Source: Parcubacteria group bacterium GW2011_GWA1_56_13
Lineage (GTDB): Bacteria > Patescibacteriota > Minisyncoccia > Phycocordibacterales > Phycocordibacteraceae
NCBI GenBank assembly: GCA_001004905.1
Contig: LCRY01000002.1
Coordinates: forward strand, 69,747 to 107,404
Direction of reading: 5' to 3'
Length of the DNA stretch: 37,658 nt
Shown here: piece by piece, positions 1 to 7,852 of the stretch
How the letters are laid out: each line of letters starts with the position of its first letter
Numbering within the stretch: the stretch's first letter is position 1
The notes under the pieces: generated by a model
Told to the model about the DNA's origin: nothing
Databases searched by the model: none
What the model saw: the letters and a program-made list of their open reading frames with translations, nothing else
Program-made: the position numbers and the translations under genes

Positions 1-1
1 G

Positions 2-670
2 GACGAGTACGAGATAACCAAAGAGGACGAGCGCATCGTTGTGTTCCGTGGCGGCAGGGGCGGTCTCGGCAACGCGCGCTTCAAGAGCTCGACCAACCAA
101 AACCCCTTTCAGCAGACGGCCGGCAGGGCGGGGAAGGGCGGGAATATCCACCTCACGCTCAAAATAATCGCCGATGCGGGGCTTGTGGGCCTGCCGAATG
201 CGGGGAAGTCCTCGCTTTTAAACGCGCTCACGCGGGCAAAGTCGAAGGTGGGCGTATACCCGTTCACCACGCTCGAGCCGAACCTGGGCGATTTCCACGG
301 GCGCATTCTCGCCGATATTCCGGGCCTCATCGAGGGCGCCTCGTCCGGCCGAGGCCTCGGCATCAAATTTCTCAAACACGTCGAGCGTACGGGCATTCTC
401 CTGCATCTCGTTTCCGCGACCCAGGAGGACCCTCTCGCGGCATACCGCGAAGTGCGCAAAGAGATAGAGTCCTTCGGTCACGGGCTTGCCGAGAAGCGCG
501 AGATACTCGTCCTGTCAAAAATAGACCTCGTTTCGCCTGAAGAACGCGAAACAAAAGTGCAGGCACTTGCTAGAGATATCGGCAGGGAAGTGCTTGCCGT
601 AACGGTCGAGGACCCGACAGTGCTCAAAACGTTCTCCGACCGGCTCACGCGCATGCTCGCGGAGGTCTAG
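2..670 (+). CDS. obgE: GTPase ObgE/CgtA (5'-partial, runs off window start)
   Basis: Gly-rich GGRGGLGNARFKSSTN, G1 GLPNAGKSS, YPFTTLEPNLG, DIPGLIEGA, GLGIKFLKHVERT, SKID. Frame is open from position 2. No long C-terminal domain. Confidence 0.95.
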   Translation, partial: DEYEITKEDERIVVFRGGRGGLGNARFKSSTNQNPFQQTAGRAGKGGNIHLTLKIIADAGLVGLPNAGKSSLLNALTRAKSKVGVYPFTTLEPNLGDFHGRILADIPGLIEGASSGRGLGIKFLKHVERTGILLHLVSATQEDPLAAYREVRKEIESFGHGLAEKREILVLSKIDLVSPEERETKVQALARDIGREVLAVTVEDPTVLKTFSDRLTRMLAEV

Positions 671-703
671 GCATTTCGGGCGGGAAGTTATACTCTAGGG
701 GAA

Positions 704-778
704 ATGGCTGCCTATCGCCCCACCACCCCATTAGAAATAAAACCCATTTCTAATGGGGCAAGTCGGTTGACTATATGA
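704..778 (+). other. 24-aa uORF (MAAYRPTTPLEIKPISNGASRLTI), probable displaced 5' end of gatB
   Basis: TATACT at 689-694, ATG at 704. YRPT mirrors GatB YIPT(IGLE). TGA 776-778 overlaps the gatB ATG at 775 (ATGA). Confidence 0.5.
726..758. repeat. REP-like palindrome CCCCATTAGAAAT-7nt-ATTTCTAATGGGG
   Basis: Perfect 13-bp arms at 726-738 and 746-758. Confidence 0.8.
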
Positions 779-2193
779 AAAAACAGTACATCCCAACCAT
801 AGGATTGGAGGTGCATGCTGAGTTAAAGACGCGGACCAAGATGTTCTGCGACTCCAAAAACGACCCCGACGAGACGCGGCCGAACACGCACGTCTGCCCG
901 GTGTGCATGGCGCATCCGGGCACGCTGCCCGTCATCAACCGCGAAGCGGTCCGCCACATCCTGCGCATCGGCACGGCCGTCGGCGGCACGCTCGCCGATT
1001 TCACCGAGTTCGACCGCAAAAGCTATTTCTATCCCGACATTCCGAAGGGGTACCAGATAAGCCAGTACATTCATCCGCTTGTCGTGGGCGGGAAACTCAC
1101 GGGAGTCGCGCTCACGCGCGTCCACTTGGAGGAAGACACGGCGCGTTCCATCCATTCGGGCGGGAAAAGCCTGGTAGATTTCAACCGCGCCGGCATCCCG
1201 CTTATGGAACTCGTGACCGAACCGGTCATCCCCGACGCGGAGACGGCGGGAAAATTCGCGCGCGAACTCCAGCTCCTCCTGCGCACCCTCGGCGCCTCCG
1301 AAGCGAACCTGGAGAAGGGAGAAATGCGTATCGAGGCGAACATTTCGATATCAAAAAGCGGCGATTTCGGGACGAAAGTGGAGGTGAAAAACCTCAATTC
1401 CTTCCGCTCCGTCGAGCGCGCCATCGCGTTTGAAATAGAGCGCCAAACGGCTCTCCTTTCGGAAGGAAAAAAAGTGGAGCAGGAGACGCGCGGGTGGAAC
1501 GAGGAAAGGCAGGAAACCTTCCACCAGCGCTTCAAGGAGGGAAGCGCCGACTACCGGTATTTCCCGGAGCCGGATCTTCCGAAATTGTTCCTATCGGAGG
1601 TCCCCGGGTTCTCCAAAGAGGCGGTCCGCGCGACACTGCCGGAGCTGCCCTGGGAGCGGCGTACGCGATACGCATCGGCATACGCGCTCAAAGAAAGCGA
1701 CATCGCGTATCTCGGCGCGACGCCGGAACGCGCTACATTTTTTGATATGGTCGCCAAGGCGCTCGACGACGATACTGAATTGGTGACCCGTGCGGCGAAT
1801 TACATTATCTCGGACCTCGCCGGCATATACGCGAGCCGAGGCCGCGAAGATTTCGCATCCCTCGATGCGCTTGCCTTCGCGAAACTCATGCGCCTTGCCG
1901 CCGACCACACGCTTTCTTCTCGCGGTACCAAAGACACCCTGCGCATCATGGTTGAGAAAGGAGGAGACCCTGAAGCGATAGCGAGGGAGCATGGCCTCGT
2001 GCAGATCCACGATGCGGGAGCTTTGGCCGCGGCGGTGGATGCGGTCCTCTCAAGAGAAGGGAAAGCGGTGCAAGAGTATAAAAGCGGCAAACAGGCGGCC
2101 CTGCAGTACTTAATAGGGAAGTCCATGAAAGAGAGCGGCGGGGCAGGAAACCCGGAAAGCATCCGTAAGCTCATAACCGAGAAAGTGGGCTAG
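775..2193 (+). CDS. gatB: Asp/Glu-tRNA amidotransferase subunit B
   Basis: IGLEVHAEL, CPVCMAHPGTLP, FDRKSYFYPDIPKGYQISQ, HLEEDTA, DFNRAGIPLMELVTEP, VEVKNLNSF, DYRYFPEPDLP. Confidence 0.98.
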   Translation: MKKQYIPTIGLEVHAELKTRTKMFCDSKNDPDETRPNTHVCPVCMAHPGTLPVINREAVRHILRIGTAVGGTLADFTEFDRKSYFYPDIPKGYQISQYIHPLVVGGKLTGVALTRVHLEEDTARSIHSGGKSLVDFNRAGIPLMELVTEPVIPDAETAGKFARELQLLLRTLGASEANLEKGEMRIEANISISKSGDFGTKVEVKNLNSFRSVERAIAFEIERQTALLSEGKKVEQETRGWNEERQETFHQRFKEGSADYRYFPEPDLPKLFLSEVPGFSKEAVRATLPELPWERRTRYASAYALKESDIAYLGATPERATFFDMVAKALDDDTELVTRAANYIISDLAGIYASRGREDFASLDALAFAKLMRLAADHTLSSRGTKDTLRIMVEKGGDPEAIAREHGLVQIHDAGALAAAVDAVLSREGKAVQEYKSGKQAALQYLIGKSMKESGGAGNPESIRKLITEKVG

Positions 2194-2242
2194 TTGTACA
2201 CAGCCCTTCCATACCAGCCGAGATACGGCTATACTGTCCGGA

Positions 2243-3010
2243 ATGGAGCAGATTCTCATCGGAGAAAAGAACTACATATCGTCGAAACGAGCTGCCCAGC
2301 TGACCGGGTATGCGAAGGACTATATCGGACAGCTCTGCAGAGAGGGGAGAGTGCCGGCGCGGCTCGTCGGCCGCAGTTGGTATGTACTTGAATCGGCGAT
2401 ACGCGACCACCGTTTTGGGGCATCTGAAAAGGAAAAATCCGTGCGATCAGCGCCGCTGTCTTCGCCGACGTGGGAGTCCCCGCGCTACGAAGCGTCTTCG
2501 GAAGAACTCCTTCCTTCTTTGAACCGGCCCCAAGCTGTCGAACTCTCCACCGAACCTGCGCCCGTCGCGCCGGAAGTATCACAACAGCATTTACAGGATT
2601 CGTGGCGCGCATGGTTCGAACGAGTAGGTAACTCCGGCGGATCGGACGTTTCAGAACCGAGAAACGAGCCGGAAATCGTTTCTACGGAAATTCCGACAGA
2701 GGAGACAAGAGAACCGGAGACAGAAGAAGTGAATATACCCATTCGTACGGTCTACGAACTGCCGCCCGATGACCTTCTACCTCGCCATCACGTGACCGAA
2801 GTACGGAACGACGAAGAATTCGTGCAAGAACAGCAGGAAAGAAGGCCTGCGAGAGGAAGAGGTGCGGTAAGGACCATTCAAATAACGGGGGTGCTTATTG
2901 CGATAGTGCTTGCTGGACTTGCAGTAATTGGGACGGGATATTTTGATACATATATACCCTCGGATAGCCAAGTCGGTATAATTGCCGGAGTTGCTTCGTA
3001 TAATAGATAG
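2243..3010 (+). CDS. Protein with N-terminal HTH (HTH_17/excisionase-like), acidic linker and C-terminal TM helix
   Basis: YISSKRAAQLTGYAKDYIGQLCREGRVPARLVGRSWYV. Hydrophobic ITGVLIAIVLAGLAVIG near the C-terminus. TATACT 7 nt before the ATG. Confidence 0.8.
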   Translation: MEQILIGEKNYISSKRAAQLTGYAKDYIGQLCREGRVPARLVGRSWYVLESAIRDHRFGASEKEKSVRSAPLSSPTWESPRYEASSEELLPSLNRPQAVELSTEPAPVAPEVSQQHLQDSWRAWFERVGNSGGSDVSEPRNEPEIVSTEIPTEETREPETEEVNIPIRTVYELPPDDLLPRHHVTEVRNDEEFVQEQQERRPARGRGAVRTIQITGVLIAIVLAGLAVIGTGYFDTYIPSDSQVGIIAGVASYNR

Positions 3011-3850
3011 CATAATTGCTCAATTTCTTGTCTCGGATAGACACATCACGGTTACATTAACAGAGAAACTGACCAAAAAGTGCTATACGAGAAATATTGG
3101 CCATAAACCACTGCTTGTGTCGAAAAAGCGTCCACTCCGGGCAATAACTGACTATTTTGGGCATTCTGTCAGTGATTTATGTCGCACAATGTTTTCAATA
3201 TTTTACGACGCACGCAAAATCAATAAAAACTCGCGAAAAAATAGACGTTCGTGATAAGTATTAGTTTAGTGTCTGATATATCTAGGAAATGCTAATTATA
3301 ATTTGGATTCAGCAACTGCGTACTGGTCTTGATTTTTAAATTTTTCCGGTTTTGAGCGTGCTGAAAACTCACGAAAATGAGTTTTTTACAGGTTCATGTA
3401 CGGTATATTCTTCACTCAAGGCGACCTGTAAACCTGCTACAGGTCATAAAATGACCTACCAAGGATTAACTCTCCATTTTAAGCCAAAACCCCACTTTGG
3501 CATTTTCCCTTACGTTTGTTGCCGATGATTTTTAAAATTCAGAGTTTGATTTGATATGAATCAGATCTGCAAGAACACTTGTTATGGAATATTTATAAGA
3601 TACAGCAAATAAACCGGATTTTATCTCGATAAGCCGAGATATTTGTATAGAGCAAAAGGCGCTTAACGTGCATAAAGTGTGTACATCAGGTTGGTAAAAA
3701 GAGGGGCAATAGCGCATTGCTCTTGATCCTGGCTCCGTTTTGGAAGCGGTCCTTGTTGATAACAAAGAGCCACTTATCCCCAGTGGTCAAAAATTTCTAC
3801 GTAATATTGCTGAGAAATCAAGTAAACTATTAGTGATTATAGCGATTTCC

Positions 3851-6800
3851 ATGGCTCCTTTTTTCAACGAAAAATCGCAAAAAAATATTCAAATTCCCGA
3901 AGCCGCAAATCTCTCTGGGTACAGCAAGGGATATCTCTCCTACCTGTGCCGAACGGGAAAAATACTTGGGACGTACTCCCACAACGAGTGGTCCGTCGAT
4001 CTTGCATCTCTTGAGGGGTTCATGAGAAGCCAGTCCGAGCGCAAAGAAGCCCGGGCCCGCTCGCTCGCAAGTTCCCGCGCGATCGAGTACCAGAGCCGCC
4101 GCCCGCCGTCTCCCGCCTCTAACGTTCCCGCAGTCGTCCATGCGCCTCCTCCCGCGCGCAGGAGTAAATACGGATTTACGAAACCAGTATTTACTCCAGC
4201 AGAAACGACGGTGGGTTCACCATCTCTCTTTTCTAAATACGCGGCAGGCATGACGGCACTCGCCGTCATCACGCTTTCGGCGCTTGCCGCGCATACTCTC
4301 GTACCGCCGATCGCCGTCCGCGTCGCTTCTCTCACGAAGGACGCCGCTTTCGATGTCAGAATCGTCTTTGGCGACGTGTCCGCGCGCATTGCTGAAAAAG
4401 TCGAAGAAGCGCGAAAGGTCGAACATGCGCACACGCCGCTCGCTCTCGCGGATGTTCGAGCGCTTGCACAACCGGATCTTTCGGCGCTACGTATGAACGT
4501 TGATAGTGCGCGACGCGTCAGTGTTTCGATGGAAGCGATCGTGGCAGGCACGCTTCCAGCTTCGACAAGAATGAGTATGGACGGTGAGTTACGAACGCTC
4601 GCGCGCGATGCGTATCATCTTCTGACTTCGCCATCGGCTACTTTTGACGCGCTCATGGGTGCGCATGCCATCCTCGGTGAACGCGCGTACACCGCGACGG
4701 TTGCTTCATTCTCCACGTATCGTTCGCTCATTGACACATTAGGCGAGCGGTCGCTGGCACTCGCCGTCTCCGCCCGCGACCTCCTCTCCCGCGCCCCCCG
4801 CTTCGTCTCCGACCTGAACCTCGCCCTGGGCTCCGCAATCGTCAACGCCTCCCACGCGGCGATACGCGCCGACGCGTCGCTTGCATACGGCCTCTCAAAG
4901 GCGGCGCCGAAGAGCGCCGCCGCTCTCGCCGCGCTTTTCGGCACCGCGGGCGACACGCTCGCCCGCACCACGGCGCGCATTCCCGCCCTTGCCACCTCCT
5001 TCTTCCTCGATACCGCCGCTCTTCCATCCGAGCTTGCCCCCACCATCGCAGAAGCGGTCTTCGACGCAGAATACCGCGCCGCCGAGCGCTTCCTGGCCCT
5101 CTCTGACCGCACCGCGCGCCTCTCCCTCGCCTCGCTCTTTGCCGCCGGACACTTCGCACAGGATTCGCTCGCCCTCCTGCGCGCCGCTCCTCCCGCCCTC
5201 GACGACGCGTACCTCGGCACCATCGGCAAAGGCGCTGTCGCCATCAACCAGGCGACCGCACCGCTCCTCGCTGCCATCGCCCCGTCTCTCTCCGCGGGCG
5301 AAGAGCTCGCCCTCGCCACATACCAAACTATCCAGAACCTCTTCGATGCCACCAACCGCATGCTCGCCCTCCTGCTTGGCCCGCCGCCCGTCGTCGTCTC
5401 GAACCCTCCTCCCACACGCTCGGTCCTCACCACGCTCTCCGCCAGCACCACGCCCGCCACATACACCACCATCGTCCAGGGCATCTCCCTCGCTTCGCTC
5501 GACCAGTCGCTCGCCACGCTTCGGGCAAACATCATCGCCGAGGTTTCCGGCATGATCAATCCGGTCGCCACTCAGGTGGCATACGACCACGTCTTCAAAT
5601 ACACCGAGACCGCCCCCTTCAACGGCGGCTCGGTCGAGAACGACGTCTCCGCACCCTTCTTCACCGCAAGCGATGCGGACGGGACGAACGCCTTCGCCGG
5701 CACCTTCTCCGCCGGCACGACGACGGTGAAGAATCTTGTCGTGACCAATACGAGCACAAGCACGTTCGCGGGCCCTCTTTCCGTTGCCGGCGCCCTCACC
5801 GTGACCGGAACCACCACCGCTGCCGGATTCATATCGACAAACCTCGGAGTTGCCCTCGCCCCCGCCTATACCTTCCAGGGCGATACCGGCACCGGCTTCT
5901 GGTCTCCCACCGCCTCCACCCTCGCGCTCTCGACCGGCGGCGTCGAACGCCTGCGCATCGACGCCGACGGCAACGTGGGCATCGGCACCTCTTCTCCCGA
6001 CGCCCTCCTCTCGCTCCAGCAAGTCACCAACGGCACAACCTTCCTAAGCGCATACCGCGTGACCGACATCGCCCCTTCAGGCGACTTCATCTCCTTCAAA
6101 CAGAACGACGGCACCACGCTCTTCCGCGTGGACAACTCGGGCAACCTCCTTGCCGGCGGCATCATCAACTCCGGCTCCCAGACCATCACGTCCACGAGCC
6201 AGCCGCAGTTCCGCATACAGTACGACCCTTCAAACGAAATCACCTTTGCCGCAGGAGTGACCGGCACTACCACTGTCGGCTTAAACGGCACCGCCCCCGG
6301 CCTTGCCTTCACCCCCCAGTCGAACCTCGTGAACCAGTTCAACTTCACCAATGCGTCGAGCGACTCCGTGCTCTCCATCGATACGGTGAACAAGCGGGTG
6401 GGGGTGGGGACGACGAGTCCGTGGGCCCAACTCTCGGTGAACCCGAACGGCATCACGGGCCCCGCATTCGTCGTCGGTTCCTCAACCGCGACAAACTTCA
6501 TCGTGACGAATGCGGGAAAGGTCGGTATTGGTACCGCTGCGCCGTCGAATCAATTGAGTGTCGCAGGTTCCATTGATCTGGGTACGATGGGTAATTTTCT
6601 TACCGGCTATGGCCGCTCTATTTCCTGGTCAACTGCTGGTACAAGCCATAATGACAGCGCATCTCTCATGGCACTTTCAGGCAATATACTAAAAATCAGG
6701 GGCTCCGGAGCTATTACGTTAAATGAAGATAATTCAGGCAACGTCGGCATCGGGACGACGAGTCCGTGGGCCCAACTCTCGGTGAACCCGAACGGCATCA

Positions 6801-7852
6801 CCGGCCCGTCGTTCGTCATTGGCTCTTCGACCGCCACCAACTTTATCGTGACGAACAAGGGAAATGTGGGCATCGGCACGACGAATACATATACGAATGG
6901 CACCGGTAATTTAACCGTAAACAATTTTTTGCAAGTCGGAAATTCAATTCAGGGTTTAGGTGGCGGCAGCCAAGGCGACCTGTTTCTTGGCGGCGGTACC
7001 GGCAACTCACAGGTTTATATCAATGCCGGCGCCATAGGTTCTATCGTAAGCGGCGGCATTAGTTTGGGAGAAACAAATAATTATTGGAGCAATGCGTTTA
7101 TTGCCAGCACCATTACATTTGGCAGCGCGGGAGCGGGAGACACCGGCCTCTCCCGCATCTCGGCAGGCAAAATCGGCGTTGGCACCGGCACGGCAGGAAG
7201 CTCGGCAGGGACTCTGATAGCAAACACGGTCGGCATCGGGACGACGAGTCCGGGAGCGAAGCTGCATATCGAGGGTGGTACATCGGGCAGCTCGTTCGCC
7301 TCTATGTATCTAATCAACAATACGGCATATTCTGCTGGTTCTGCCGTAAGGATTTCGCTCGCCCCAGATTCAGCATATGGCTCGAATCCCGCTACCTACG
7401 CTCCGTACATTGAAAGCTACGCACAAAATGACGCAAGCAAGGCTGGTCTTGCATTTGCGACATATAACGGGGCCGGTTTTCCAGAAGAGAGACTAAGGAT
7501 TACAGCTGCTGGCAACGTCGGCATCGGGACGACGAGTCCGAGCACTCGTCTGCATATCGTTGACTCAAATCCTGTCGGTGCCGCGAATACGGTTGCCAAT
7601 CAGGACGTACTTACGGTGGACAGTAATACCTACGCGTATATAAACCTTCGTTCCCCTTCTTCCGGCACCGACATAGCGGGAGGTATTTTGTTCAGTGACG
7701 ACGCGAGGGCGCGGGGAGGAGTCATCTACAACCATCGGGAGTCTAACGCGGTATCTGACCGCTTGGACTTTTTGACCTCTGCCGGCACGAGAATGTCAAT
7801 CAACTCCTCCGGCAACGTCGGCATCGGCAGGGGCGCTCTTGGACGTGTATAA
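3851..7852 (+). CDS. Giant surface/fibre protein, N-terminal part (HTH, TM, Ala/Leu helical stalk, GNVGIGTTSP modules); frameshifted at ~7829
   Basis: ATG 3851 preferred over TTG 3740. HTH IPEAANLSGYSKGYLSYLCRTGKI...WSVD, TM YAAGMTALAVITLSALAA, 8 GNVGIG-type repeats. The ORF ends just after a broken repeat. Confidence 0.8.
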   Translation: MAPFFNEKSQKNIQIPEAANLSGYSKGYLSYLCRTGKILGTYSHNEWSVDLASLEGFMRSQSERKEARARSLASSRAIEYQSRRPPSPASNVPAVVHAPPPARRSKYGFTKPVFTPAETTVGSPSLFSKYAAGMTALAVITLSALAAHTLVPPIAVRVASLTKDAAFDVRIVFGDVSARIAEKVEEARKVEHAHTPLALADVRALAQPDLSALRMNVDSARRVSVSMEAIVAGTLPASTRMSMDGELRTLARDAYHLLTSPSATFDALMGAHAILGERAYTATVASFSTYRSLIDTLGERSLALAVSARDLLSRAPRFVSDLNLALGSAIVNASHAAIRADASLAYGLSKAAPKSAAALAALFGTAGDTLARTTARIPALATSFFLDTAALPSELAPTIAEAVFDAEYRAAERFLALSDRTARLSLASLFAAGHFAQDSLALLRAAPPALDDAYLGTIGKGAVAINQATAPLLAAIAPSLSAGEELALATYQTIQNLFDATNRMLALLLGPPPVVVSNPPPTRSVLTTLSASTTPATYTTIVQGISLASLDQSLATLRANIIAEVSGMINPVATQVAYDHVFKYTETAPFNGGSVENDVSAPFFTASDADGTNAFAGTFSAGTTTVKNLVVTNTSTSTFAGPLSVAGALTVTGTTTAAGFISTNLGVALAPAYTFQGDTGTGFWSPTASTLALSTGGVERLRIDADGNVGIGTSSPDALLSLQQVTNGTTFLSAYRVTDIAPSGDFISFKQNDGTTLFRVDNSGNLLAGGIINSGSQTITSTSQPQFRIQYDPSNEITFAAGVTGTTTVGLNGTAPGLAFTPQSNLVNQFNFTNASSDSVLSIDTVNKRVGVGTTSPWAQLSVNPNGITGPAFVVGSSTATNFIVTNAGKVGIGTAAPSNQLSVAGSIDLGTMGNFLTGYGRSISWSTAGTSHNDSASLMALSGNILKIRGSGAITLNEDNSGNVGIGTTSPWAQLSVNPNGITGPSFVIGSSTATNFIVTNKGNVGIGTTNTYTNGTGNLTVNNFLQVGNSIQGLGGGSQGDLFLGGGTGNSQVYINAGAIGSIVSGGISLGETNNYWSNAFIASTITFGSAGAGDTGLSRISAGKIGVGTGTAGSSAGTLIANTVGIGTTSPGAKLHIEGGTSGSSFASMYLINNTAYSAGSAVRISLAPDSAYGSNPATYAPYIESYAQNDASKAGLAFATYNGAGFPEERLRITAAGNVGIGTTSPSTRLHIVDSNPVGAANTVANQDVLTVDSNTYAYINLRSPSSGTDIAGGILFSDDARARGGVIYNHRESNAVSDRLDFLTSAGTRMSINSSGNVGIGRGALGRV

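Noticed and set aside
3011-3850. Replication origin, or the short ORFs 2982-3254 and 3532-3765
   Set aside because: No perfect DnaA box seen (only TTATCCCCA at 3774) and no dnaA/dnaN nearby. The ORFs have weak starts and no recognisable motifs.
6407-6860. Diversity-generating retroelement TR/VR pair
   Set aside because: Differences are synonymous and not adenine-specific; there is no reverse transcriptase in the window.
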